From assembly GCA_003216835.1 (NCBI GenBank), contig QCIF01000007.1, positions 5,385 through 69,384 on the forward strand: a stretch of DNA of 64,000 nt, written 5' to 3'. A model generated the notes under the pieces. The model was not told the origin of the DNA. It did not search any database and worked only from the letters and a program-made list of their open reading frames with translations. Both the position numbers and the translations under genes were made by a program. The stretch is from Prochlorococcus sp. AG-402-K10 (GTDB taxonomy: Bacteria; Cyanobacteriota; Cyanobacteriia; PCC-6307; Cyanobiaceae). Positions 9,842 through 18,944 of this stretch are shown here, in pieces; positions within the stretch are counted from its first letter, which is position 1, and each line of letters starts with the position of its first letter.

Positions 9842-11206
9842 TCATTTTGAATCTGAAATCGGAAAAAAAACTGTCAAACCAGCATCTCGCCTTTGAGTAA
9901 CATATCCCCCCAAGCTAGCTAATAATTTCTGAGTCGCAATTTGACTTAATTGTAAACTTCCTGTTTGAGGATTCCAATTTAGTACTGGACCAATATCAGA
10001 GCTGTTGTCGTTTTTGGATATTTCATTTTTACTACTATCCAATTTTTGTACTTTTAGTTGAAGTTTAAGTTTTTGACCAGCTGGACGCAATTCTAAAATC
10101 AATGTACTTCCCTCTTTCAAACCTCTAGTATTTTTATCAATCAGTCCTCTTAACATTAATTCTAGTTTTTCAGAATCACTCAAAATTTGAGGAAGCTGGT
10201 TAGGAATATCAATTTTGAGTAATATTCCACGTCGACTAAGTTGTTTTCTCCAAACTGGAGTTAATTTGTTGAAAATTTCAGATAAATTTATTTTTGCAAG
10301 TTGATTTAAAGTAGATATTTCATTACTTACAAGTTCTGCAGCATTAAAAATCAAGCCAAATCTATCAATTTGTTCGTTGCACTCATTATCTATCTGAATT
10401 AAACGATTACGCATTGATTCATCCATATTATATTTTCTTAAAGTAGAACTTATTAGTGTTCTTATAGTTGCTAAAGGGGTCCTTACTTCATGAGAAATTG
10501 CCTTTAACAATTTTGCTTCTTTTATTTGAACGGTTTTATTATCATTTTCAATAGAATTCTTAACCTTTACATTAGGAATCAATTTAGACAATTTAGCTGA
10601 CAAACTTGGCCAAAAGTTTTTTGCAAATTGATCATTGAAATTAAGTTGTCCTAAATTATTGATTGCATCACGAAACTTAATGCCTTCATCATAGTTTTCT
10701 TGATCAAACTTTGCATGAATTAACTCAATTACAGTTTTTAAGCTATCTTCATCACATCTCATTAATAAACTCTTATTGTCTTTTTCACCCGCTACTGTTA
10801 AAACGCATTGAAAATTTGAAGTAATAATCATTAAAAAAGGTTCATAACCATCTTTTGGATCTAGATTTAAGACTTTGTAATGACTAGTAAAATCATAATC
10901 AACTTTAATTTTCTTAGAGTTCTCACCCGGTAAAAAGCCAGCATTCTCTTGTTTAAAATATGGAAATCCTTCTGGTGACCATAACCAACCTTGTAGTTTA
11001 GTAAAAAACTTTTTTTCATTAAGCGCTGGCAAAGGGGAGGCAACCCATATACCTCCCTCATAAAAATGGTGAGAAAGAAACTCTTTTTGAACCACTTCCA
11101 AAGATGCCCACCACATCCGCCTTGACGTTTCATCATCAACATATATGGTTTGCAGTCCTTGAAGTAGCAAATCTTGAATATTTTTTATCGTAATTTTTGA
11201 CTTCAT
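9842..11206 (-). CDS. cytoplasmic sensor histidine kinase with atypical ATP-binding domain (Hik34-like)
   Basis: H-box SHEVRTPLATIR; no transmembrane segment seen; ATGA overlap with the rodA stop. The Hik34 relationship is recalled, not verified. Confidence 0.8.
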   Translation of the reverse strand: MKSKITIKNIQDLLLQGLQTIYVDDETSRRMWWASLEVVQKEFLSHHFYEGGIWVASPLPALNEKKFFTKLQGWLWSPEGFPYFKQENAGFLPGENSKKIKVDYDFTSHYKVLNLDPKDGYEPFLMIITSNFQCVLTVAGEKDNKSLLMRCDEDSLKTVIELIHAKFDQENYDEGIKFRDAINNLGQLNFNDQFAKNFWPSLSAKLSKLIPNVKVKNSIENDNKTVQIKEAKLLKAISHEVRTPLATIRTLISSTLRKYNMDESMRNRLIQIDNECNEQIDRFGLIFNAAELVSNEISTLNQLAKINLSEIFNKLTPVWRKQLSRRGILLKIDIPNQLPQILSDSEKLELMLRGLIDKNTRGLKEGSTLILELRPAGQKLKLQLKVQKLDSSKNEISKNDNSSDIGPVLNWNPQTGSLQLSQIATQKLLASLGGYVTQRRDAGLTVFFPISDSK

Positions 11207-12474
11207 GGATTTCTTAATGATCTAGAACGTTTGAATATAGATAACGCAAATCCTATAGAAATAAAATTCATCAACAAAGAAGTTCTCCCATAACTCATAA
11301 AAGGCAGAGGGATTCCTGTTACTGGGCCTAATCCAATAGTCATAAATAAATTAACAATTATTTGAAATAAGAAAGTTGAAGCGACCCCAATAACTATTAA
11401 TGACTCAAAATTAGTTCTAGCATTTTTAGCAATGTTAATAAGTTGGCAAATCAAAAGACAAAATAAAAATAAAATGAATATACAACCAAAGAATCCTAAT
11501 TCTTCTCCTAACGCACTAAAAATAAAATCTGTATGTTGCTCAGGTATAAATTGCAAATAAGTAAGTTTACCCCTCAATAAGCCGTTACCCCAAAAGCCTC
11601 CAGAACCAATTGCTATTTTACTTTGCAATAAATGATATCCACCACCTAATGGATCTCTACCAGGGTCTAAGAATAAAATCAACCTATCCTTTTGATAATC
11701 TTTTAAACCGTATTTCCATAAAATTGGTGTCAATTTTGCCACTAACAAATGAATAAACATTGCAAAACTTGAAAAAACAATTTTGTTTTGTGAGGATCTA
11801 TAAGCTAAGTAGCCAATAAATGGAATCCAACAAACAAGAAAATATGGTGAAACAAAATATAAAATTCCAGTAGCAATACATAAAACTAATATTAGTAACC
11901 ACTCTATAGGCATTTGAGACCAATAGAGCATTACAAAAGTCAAAAATATTAAGACTAAAGATGTACCTAAGTCAGGTTGAAAAAATATTAATAACCATGG
12001 AATAATAACAATAACAAAAGGGAATACTAAATCATTTACTTTCGAAATTATTTTTCTATCTAAGACTAAAGCAAGAGTTAAGATTGTGCTTAATTTAGCA
12101 ACTTCTGAAGGCTGAAAAGAAAAAATTCCCAAGCTAAGCCATCTTTGAGCTCCAGAAACTGATATTCCAAAAAAATAGATAACTACTAAGGATATTAATG
12201 AGAAAAAATAACAAGGGATCACATACCTTTTCAATCTATCTATTGGTATATATGAAATAAAAAACGCTATAAAATAGCCAAAAATACCAGTCAAAAGATG
12301 GCTTAAAAAATCCGATACTAAAAAATCTCTTTGTATACTTTTTATTAAAAAACTAGAAATGACTACTAAAGATAAAGGAATCAAAAGAAGTGGTGATAAC
12401 AAATATCTTCGTTTTAAATTATCTTTCTTTTGAAGAAATTGTCTTTTACTAAATAAAGATATTTCTTTGATCAT
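11203..12474 (-). CDS. rodA: rod shape-determining SEDS protein RodA
   Basis: GAQRW, FQPSEVAK, QPDLGT, PEQHTDFIFS, GIPLPFMSYG; multiple hydrophobic helices. Confidence 0.93.
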   Translation of the reverse strand: MIKEISLFSKRQFLQKKDNLKRRYLLSPLLLIPLSLVVISSFLIKSIQRDFLVSDFLSHLLTGIFGYFIAFFISYIPIDRLKRYVIPCYFFSLISLVVIYFFGISVSGAQRWLSLGIFSFQPSEVAKLSTILTLALVLDRKIISKVNDLVFPFVIVIIPWLLIFFQPDLGTSLVLIFLTFVMLYWSQMPIEWLLILVLCIATGILYFVSPYFLVCWIPFIGYLAYRSSQNKIVFSSFAMFIHLLVAKLTPILWKYGLKDYQKDRLILFLDPGRDPLGGGYHLLQSKIAIGSGGFWGNGLLRGKLTYLQFIPEQHTDFIFSALGEELGFFGCIFILFLFCLLICQLINIAKNARTNFESLIVIGVASTFLFQIIVNLFMTIGLGPVTGIPLPFMSYGRTSLLMNFISIGFALSIFKRSRSLRNP

Positions 12475-12480
12475 TAATTG

Positions 12481-13548
12481 TTAATTAACAAATTTATTTT
12501 TTATCAATTGAGCCAATTTTTTAAATTTCATAGAACTCTCTTTATTTGGTTGACTTAATGAAATAGGTATTCCTTTATTACTATCATCTACAAGAGGAAT
12601 TTCAATGGGGATTTGAGCGAGTAATTGTAAATTATTTTCTTCAGCTAAGATTTTGCCACCACCTTTACCAAAGATTTCATATTTCTTATTAGGCATATCA
12701 GGTGGAATAAATACCGACATATTTTCCACGATACCCAATAATGGTACTCCCAGTTGCCTAAACATTGCTAATCCCCTTCTTGAATCTTGTAAAGACACTT
12801 GCTGAGGAGTTGTAACAACAATTGCTCCAGAAATAGGAACAGATTGTGCCAAAGATATTTGAGCATCTCCTGTGCCTGGGGGTAAATCGATGACTAAAAA
12901 ATCAAGATTATTCCATTCAACTTGATAAAGGAATTGACGTATTATGCTATTTAACATTGGCCCTCTCCAAATAACAGGTTGACCTTCTTCTATAAGAAAA
13001 CCCATTGATACTAATGAAATCCCATATTTGTTAATTGGAATTAATCTCTGGTCATTGCCAACACCATCTGTAACTTTTGGATTCTCTTCTGAAACACCCA
13101 ACATCGAAGGGGTGTTTGGCCCATATATGTCAGCATCCAATAAACCAGTTTTTAATCCTAATTTAGCTAAAGAACATGCAATATTTACTGCGATTGTACT
13201 TTTACCTACCCCTCCTTTGCCACTACTTACAGCAATAATATGTTTAATACCCTCTACATTCTTTAAATCAGGAACATTACTTTCACTTGAAGATTCTGAT
13301 TGAGAAGGTTTATTTTCCAGTTCTATTTGTACATCATTGATATCTTCAAAATCAAGAAGCGTCTTTCTGACATCTTGGACTATTCTCTCTCTCTGAGAAT
13401 TTGCAAATGATGGCAAGGAGAGAGTGACGATTGCTCTTGGTATGATTACCCTTACATTTTTAATCCATGCTAATTCAATTACATTCTTCTTTGATCCAGC
13501 ATCTAGAATCTTTGATAATGCATAATTCGCATCTTCTATTGTGGTCAT
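12481..13548 (-). CDS. mrp: Mrp/NBP35 family Fe-S cluster carrier ATPase
   Basis: SSGKGGVGKST, LDADIYGP, WRGPM, DLPPGTGD; N-terminal SUF-like domain. Confidence 0.93.
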   Translation of the reverse strand: MTTIEDANYALSKILDAGSKKNVIELAWIKNVRVIIPRAIVTLSLPSFANSQRERIVQDVRKTLLDFEDINDVQIELENKPSQSESSSESNVPDLKNVEGIKHIIAVSSGKGGVGKSTIAVNIACSLAKLGLKTGLLDADIYGPNTPSMLGVSEENPKVTDGVGNDQRLIPINKYGISLVSMGFLIEEGQPVIWRGPMLNSIIRQFLYQVEWNNLDFLVIDLPPGTGDAQISLAQSVPISGAIVVTTPQQVSLQDSRRGLAMFRQLGVPLLGIVENMSVFIPPDMPNKKYEIFGKGGGKILAEENNLQLLAQIPIEIPLVDDSNKGIPISLSQPNKESSMKFKKLAQLIKNKFVN

Positions 13549-13710
13549 TAAATTTTTCGAGTGTTTTTACATGCTAGTCGACGCTTTAAAAGATTAAGAA
13601 CTATGTCGAACTATCAAATAATAGGCAATTATTACCCTTTAAACGAAATTATAAAGGGAAACTAATAATTAACAAAAAAAATTTAATTCTTCTTATATTT
13701 TAAAAATTAG

Positions 13711-14739
13711 ATGTTTAAAGAACCTCCAAAGAATTCAAGAGATAAAGCTAAAAATCTCTTATTAAAATTGCAAGATAAAATTTGTGAAGGCCTTGAAAAT
13801 TCTGACGGCAAAGGAAAATTTATTGAAGAATCATGGCAAAGAGACGAGGGTGGTGGTGGAAGATCAAGAGTATTAAAAAACGGTTCCATTTTTGAACAGG
13901 CTGGAGTAAATTTCTCTGAAGTTCACGGCAAAGAATTACCACAATCAATAATCTCTCAAAGGCCAGAAGCTAAAGGGCATGAATGGTTTGCTACTGGGAC
14001 TTCAATGGTATTACACCCCAGAAATCCTTTTATACCTACAGTTCATCTAAATTACCGTTACTTTGAAGCAGGGCCAGTTTGGTGGTTTGGTGGAGGTGCT
14101 GATCTTACACCCTATTACCCTTATCTGTGTGATGTAAGACATTTTCATGAAGAACATAAAAAAGCCTGTGACAAAGTTGATAAAGATTTACACAAAGTTT
14201 TCAAGCCATGGTGCGATGAATATTTCTTTTTAAAACATAGAAATGAATCAAGAGGTATTGGAGGTATTTTTTATGATTATCAAGATGGTTCTGGGAGTAT
14301 TTATAAAGGAAATAATAAAAACGGTATAGCCTTTCAAGTATCCGAAGATGTTGGAGATATAAAATTAAATTGGGATCATTTATTTTGTCTAGCAGAAAAT
14401 TGTGGCAATGCATTTCTTCCTGCTTATCTACCAATAGTTGAAAAAAGGGTTAAGCAAGAATTTACAAAAGAAGAGAGAGAATTCCAACTTTATAGAAGAG
14501 GAAGATATGTAGAATTTAATTTAGTTTGGGATAGAGGAACAATTTTTGGATTACAAACGAATGGAAGAACTGAATCTATATTAATGTCATTACCCCCTTT
14601 AGCTCGATGGGAATATGGATATAAGGCTAAAAAAGACTCCAGAGAAGATTTCCTAACCTCAATTTTTACAAAACCACAAGATTGGGAAAACGATAAGAGC
14701 TTAGAAAAGTTCTGTTTAGAAAATAATATTTTCGATTAG
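13711..14739 (+). CDS. hemF: oxygen-dependent coproporphyrinogen III oxidase
   Basis: [51 protein letters not shown]. Confidence 0.97.
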   Translation: MFKEPPKNSRDKAKNLLLKLQDKICEGLENSDGKGKFIEESWQRDEGGGGRSRVLKNGSIFEQAGVNFSEVHGKELPQSIISQRPEAKGHEWFATGTSMVLHPRNPFIPTVHLNYRYFEAGPVWWFGGGADLTPYYPYLCDVRHFHEEHKKACDKVDKDLHKVFKPWCDEYFFLKHRNESRGIGGIFYDYQDGSGSIYKGNNKNGIAFQVSEDVGDIKLNWDHLFCLAENCGNAFLPAYLPIVEKRVKQEFTKEEREFQLYRRGRYVEFNLVWDRGTIFGLQTNGRTESILMSLPPLARWEYGYKAKKDSREDFLTSIFTKPQDWENDKSLEKFCLENNIFD

Positions 14740-14767
14740 AAACAACTATCTTCTGAATTAATAATTT

Positions 14768-15325
14768 TTAAATAGGTGTTTTGAATAAAGAACCATCACT
14801 TTTCAAGTCCAGCGTATCACCTAGTTCATTTTCAAGAGATATTAATTCATCTCTATGGGCTCTTAATCTCAAAAAAGTCATCACATCATCATCTTTATTT
14901 ATCAATCTCAATTCAAACTTTTCCTCTCTAGCTGATTTTTTAAAATAAACCATCCCTGATAAAGGACCTCCAATCAATCCTAAAAGAATTGGCCACCAGC
15001 CCAATGCTGGATAAATTTGAATAATTACTAATCCCAAAGCACAAGATCCAAATCCACCAAGAATACCTAAAAAGATTGCTAAGAATTTACTAGAAACAAC
15101 CTGTCCCTTGAATATTAAAATTCTTTGACTAAAATCTCCACCAGTTTGTTTCCACCCTCTTAAATCAAGCCATTCATATAGACCATTTAAAACTTTTACT
15201 GGTTTTTGTGAAGATGAAATTTCAACAACTGTAGTTCTATCCTTGCTTGAAGCTCTTAGAAAAAAAAATAAACCTATTGCAAGAAGTATTGTCAGTAATA
15301 ATGTTGAATTCAGGGAATAAGACAT
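14768..15325 (-). CDS. cofactor assembly of complex C subunit B (CCB1-like, cytochrome b6 heme ci attachment)
   Basis: STLLLTILLAIGLFFFLRASSKDRT N-terminus, three hydrophobic segments, FYxKKxxRxE-like and HRDEL motifs. Confidence 0.8.
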   Translation of the reverse strand: MSYSLNSTLLLTILLAIGLFFFLRASSKDRTTVVEISSSQKPVKVLNGLYEWLDLRGWKQTGGDFSQRILIFKGQVVSSKFLAIFLGILGGFGSCALGLVIIQIYPALGWWPILLGLIGGPLSGMVYFKKSAREEKFELRLINKDDDVMTFLRLRAHRDELISLENELGDTLDLKSDGSLFKTPI

Positions 15326-15490
15326 TTATTTAATTTCTCTAAAATCTATAATTAAAATTTAACTTCTATCATATTATATTTTTTAAATTTCTTCTATTAA
15401 TAAATATATTAAAACGTAAGAAATTCTTTTAATAATAAACTTTTCGAAATAACGTAAAGTTAAAATTAATAGATCTATTTTTCAATATTT

Positions 15491-16132
15491 ATGGAGAAAA
15501 GTGAAGAAAATAAAAAAATAAATTTTTATCATAATGATATAAATAGCGATTTATATAATCTTTATAAAAACTCCTCATATATTGCAGTAGATACTGAAGC
15601 CATGGGGTTAATTCATGGGAGAGATAGATTATGTTTAGTCCAAATATGTAATGAATTAAATTTAACTTCTTGTATAAAAATTGAACTTAAAACCTCTTCT
15701 TCTCCTAATTTACAAAACTTATTTGAAGATGAAAAAATAATGAAAATATTTCATTATGCAAGGTTTGATGTGGCCGCTCTGAAATGCAACCTTGGAATTA
15801 ATACAAAAAACATTTTTTGCACAAAAATAGCTAGTAAATTAGCTAGAACATACACAAATAAGCATGGATTAAAGGACCTAATAAATGAACTCTTAGGAAT
15901 AGAATTAGACAAGAGTTCACAAAGCAGCGATTGGGGTAGTGATTCAGATTTAACAAGTGAGCAAATAGACTATGCTGCAAATGACGTTAGATATTTAATT
16001 GAAGCGATGCATAAACTAACAGTGATCCTCCAGAGAGAAGGTAGACAGGATTTGGCTCAAAAATGTTTTAACACTGTTCCAGTCTATGCTGATTTAGACA
16101 TTTTAAATTTCTCAAATATTTTTGAACATTAA
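15491..16132 (+). CDS. rnd: ribonuclease D-like DEDDy 3'-5' exonuclease
   Basis: AVDTE (ExoI), FHYARFD (ExoII), CTKIASKL, YAANDV (ExoIII). Confidence 0.88.
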   Translation: MEKSEENKKINFYHNDINSDLYNLYKNSSYIAVDTEAMGLIHGRDRLCLVQICNELNLTSCIKIELKTSSSPNLQNLFEDEKIMKIFHYARFDVAALKCNLGINTKNIFCTKIASKLARTYTNKHGLKDLINELLGIELDKSSQSSDWGSDSDLTSEQIDYAANDVRYLIEAMHKLTVILQREGRQDLAQKCFNTVPVYADLDILNFSNIFEH

Positions 16133-16135
16133 TAA

Positions 16136-16402
16136 TCAATCTTCAGTCAAGAAATTATCTTCACCATCTAGAGTTTCCATCAGCTTATCAAGTATTTTTG
16201 ATGAACTTAATTTTCCCCCTTCATCCTTTACGCAAATTGCTAAGAGATCTTGAGCAACTTGTATTTTTTCTTCAATAGTTTTAGATCCTTGTTTTGCAAT
16301 CTGAATTTCTACCTTCTTTTTAGCAGACGACAAGCTAATACTCATTATTTTTGCTATCTCTGCACATATTTTTAGATATTGCCTATCATTAATTGGATAC
16401 AT
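16136..16402 (-). CDS. hypothetical protein (88 aa), possible helix-turn-helix
   Basis: Fills the intergenic space and has normal composition; AEIAKIMSISLSSAKKKVE is HTH-like. Confidence 0.7.
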   Translation of the reverse strand: MYPINDRQYLKICAEIAKIMSISLSSAKKKVEIQIAKQGSKTIEEKIQVAQDLLAICVKDEGGKLSSSKILDKLMETLDGEDNFLTED

Positions 16403-16435
16403 GAAAAAACTTAAATACTTTAAAATCCTACTTTA

Positions 16436-17743
16436 TTAAGATAACAAATTACAGTTTATAGAATCTACAATTCTCTGACTAGCACCATTTCTACCCATTC
16501 TTTCTTTGCCAATCTTCGATTGCTCTAACCTATGATTTTCTTTATTTAAAAGTAAAATTAAATGTCTAATAAGCATTTTCTTGTTAACACAAACTAAAAC
16601 ACTTCCACCCAAAAGCCTCGATTGCCTTTTTGCAAATGATTTTGTAAATTGTGGACCATTACCTGGCAGAGAGAGAGAAGGGACGCCAAGCCCAGCAAGT
16701 TGCTCTGTAGCAGTTCCTGCATTTGACAATCCAACAATTGCCATATTTGCCCATAAATTAAACTTACCTTTTCCTATCAAAATATATTTTTCTTTATTTC
16801 TCCAAACCGAATCTTCTCCAACCATAAAGTTAACTTTGGTCTGTTTTAAAAAACCATATTTTTTCAAGTAACTTGTTATTTTAATTTCATTAGCGTTAAT
16901 GCTCAATGGCAAAAGAATTATGGAATCTTTGACTAGATTTACATCTTTCAAACAATCTAAAAAACGTGCAAGATTATTAAATGCTTCGGGGTAGCGACTT
17001 CCTATTACCAAAATTATTCTATGAAAATTAATAATATTTGAAATTTTTGCATTTTTTTCATGAACAAAATCCATCATGGGATTACCAAAATATTTTGCAG
17101 GAATTTTTCTTCTATTTAAATTATTTGCTGTAATTTCATCTCTCATTATCAAAGTTTTACATCGGGGAGATTTCATTAGGAATAATTCCCACAGATCCCA
17201 TTCAGAACCTTTCAATTTATGATAAAAATCGCTTAATGCCCAACCTGGGCCACTACTCCATGTGTGATCACTTTTCGGAGTGCCAATAAAACTAAATTCA
17301 CAATCGGAACTCCACGCAAAGAATAATGGTAATAAATCACCCACTGCAATAATTTTGCAATTATATTTCGACTTTCGCCTTACAAGTAAGAAGTTCTTTA
17401 AAGTATCAAGTAAAAATCCTGCTAATAAATCAAGCATGAATCCTTTCAGGCTTTGATTACTAAATCCTCCACTAGGCAATTCTTTGAGATGTCCTATTTT
17501 ATGAAAGTTTTTTGACTTAAGACAGTTAAATACATCGCCATTTCCTACCAGAGGTAAAACTTCAATATCATTTATTTTTATTTTCTTTAATAAACGTTTA
17601 ATTATCTCCAATGCGATTACATCTTCGCCATGACCATTGCATATAATTAATAGAGAATAAGTCCTATTACTGTTAGGATCATAAAGAGATTCAACTAAGG
17701 CTTCATCGGCGGCATGGCCAAGTGGTAAGGCAGAGGATTGCAA
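16436..17743 (-). CDS. lipid-A-disaccharide synthase-related GT-B protein (TIGR03492-like); start uncertain
   Basis: CNGHGED, LPLVGNG, PSGGF, VGD, GNPMMD, GSR, AGTATEQLAGLGVP, GPQFT motifs. The nearest canonical in-frame start is TTG at 17743, inside antisense tRNA-Cys; the track start is 17854. Confidence 0.75.
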   Translation of the reverse strand: MQSSALPLGHAADEALVESLYDPNSNRTYSLLIICNGHGEDVIALEIIKRLLKKIKINDIEVLPLVGNGDVFNCLKSKNFHKIGHLKELPSGGFSNQSLKGFMLDLLAGFLLDTLKNFLLVRRKSKYNCKIIAVGDLLPLFFAWSSDCEFSFIGTPKSDHTWSSGPGWALSDFYHKLKGSEWDLWELFLMKSPRCKTLIMRDEITANNLNRRKIPAKYFGNPMMDFVHEKNAKISNIINFHRIILVIGSRYPEAFNNLARFLDCLKDVNLVKDSIILLPLSINANEIKITSYLKKYGFLKQTKVNFMVGEDSVWRNKEKYILIGKGKFNLWANMAIVGLSNAGTATEQLAGLGVPSLSLPGNGPQFTKSFAKRQSRLLGGSVLVCVNKKMLIRHLILLLNKENHRLEQSKIGKERMGRNGASQRIVDSINCNLLS

Positions 17744-17778
17744 ATCCTTTATCCCCAGTTCGAATCTGGGTGCCGCCT
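17708..17778 (+). tRNA. tRNA-Cys(GCA)
   Basis: GGCGGCA/TGCCGCC acceptor stem, GAGGA-TTGCAAA-TCCTT anticodon arm, GTTCGAATC T loop; CCA not encoded. Confidence 0.97.
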
Positions 17779-18009
17779 TTTTAAAATTAGTGACAATATT
17801 CGCTGTAAAGCGTTCCAAGAACTGAAGTTTTTCGTAGCGATTTTTATACTTCAAGTCTCAAAAACTGTTAGATAAATGGTATGTGAATCGACTTTTTCAA
17901 TTACTTTGAATATTATCCCATTAATTAAAATATCAAACCTATAATTCACAGAATAAAAATTTCCGTTTTTGAATGACAATTTACAAATCTACTTAGTTTG
18001 AAAGCCTTA

Positions 18010-18177
18010 TTAATAATCATTATCTGCTACACACATCCCTAAACAACGAATCCCATTATTCGCTGTTCTTTTGCAATGATTACATAAAATAAGATCATTA
18101 TTTGAAGAATAATAGATTGGTATTTTCTTTTGAGATTGTAAACTTTTTAACTCGTCTTTTGAATCAAATAGTTCCAT
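18010..18177 (-). CDS. small cysteine-rich hypothetical protein (55 aa), not in the ORF track
   Basis: ATG at 18177 to TAA at 18010: MELFDSKDELKSLQSQKKIPIYYSSNNDLILCNHCKRTANNGIRCLGMCVADNDY. It starts 2 nt after the stop of the upstream 209-aa gene and has four Cys (CxxC-x9-C-x3-C). Confidence 0.8.
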   Translation of the reverse strand: MELFDSKDELKSLQSQKKIPIYYSSNNDLILCNHCKRTANNGIRCLGMCVADNDY

Positions 18178-18179
18178 TA

Positions 18180-18809
18180 CTAGGCATTCTCATTAGAGTC
18201 AATACTAACGACAAGAGAGGTATTCGTGGTAGAAGAAGGTATATCCATAATTTTTACAGTTTCTTTAGGCTCATCATTAATTTGACTTTCTTCCTGACTT
18301 TCATCAACAGCACATGCCTCAAGTGCTTCTCTTAGAAGTGAGTCAAAAGTCGCACCCGGCAATCTGTGTCTGGCAACTTCAAGAAAAGTTCTTGGCAATG
18401 ATTCTGAGGCGGCATCTCTCAAAGCAGGATTATTCTTTCTATGTTCTTGTTCCTCTTCTATAGATTTTATAAATCTTAGCGTCACATCTCTTTTGGTGGA
18501 TGCTTTTATCAAAGTATCATTTTCAGGATTACTAACAGATGGTTCATTCCCAAGATCGTTTAACCTTTTTTCCAAACTACTTAATACTTCATTGGCCTCT
18601 TTGCTGATATGAGCTAATTGACCATCAGATAAATTTGGTAAATCAGCTACAAAAACTTTCCCATGATCTCTTAACGTTAAAAAAGTAGGCCTTGGTCCTT
18701 GATTCTGTCGACCATGAAAATCTGAATTATTACCTAATGGTCTTTTTGGAGGTGTAGGACCTGCAGAACTACGTCTACGAGTAATTCTTCTATTATTTTC
18801 AAAGGGCAT
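18180..18809 (-). CDS. conserved hypothetical protein (209 aa)
   Basis: Long ORF with an Arg/Pro-rich N-terminus, helical core and acidic C-terminus; no family recognised. Confidence 0.8.
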   Translation of the reverse strand: MPFENNRRITRRRSSAGPTPPKRPLGNNSDFHGRQNQGPRPTFLTLRDHGKVFVADLPNLSDGQLAHISKEANEVLSSLEKRLNDLGNEPSVSNPENDTLIKASTKRDVTLRFIKSIEEEQEHRKNNPALRDAASESLPRTFLEVARHRLPGATFDSLLREALEACAVDESQEESQINDEPKETVKIMDIPSSTTNTSLVVSIDSNENA

Positions 18810-18944
18810 TGAATTAAAATTTAAATCTTAATACTTAAACTTCCGATATAATTCGGCGGTAATTTTATTATATTACACTTAACTTTTTTATTTGTGTATA
18901 AAAATAAAATTTTTAAGTTCTATAAACAATTTATTGATCAAAGT

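Noticed and set aside
17779-18009. tRNA-Cys 3' flank as an integration site or island
   Set aside because: There is no duplicated tRNA 3' fragment, integrase or compositional shift; the same holds for both tRNA-Arg genes
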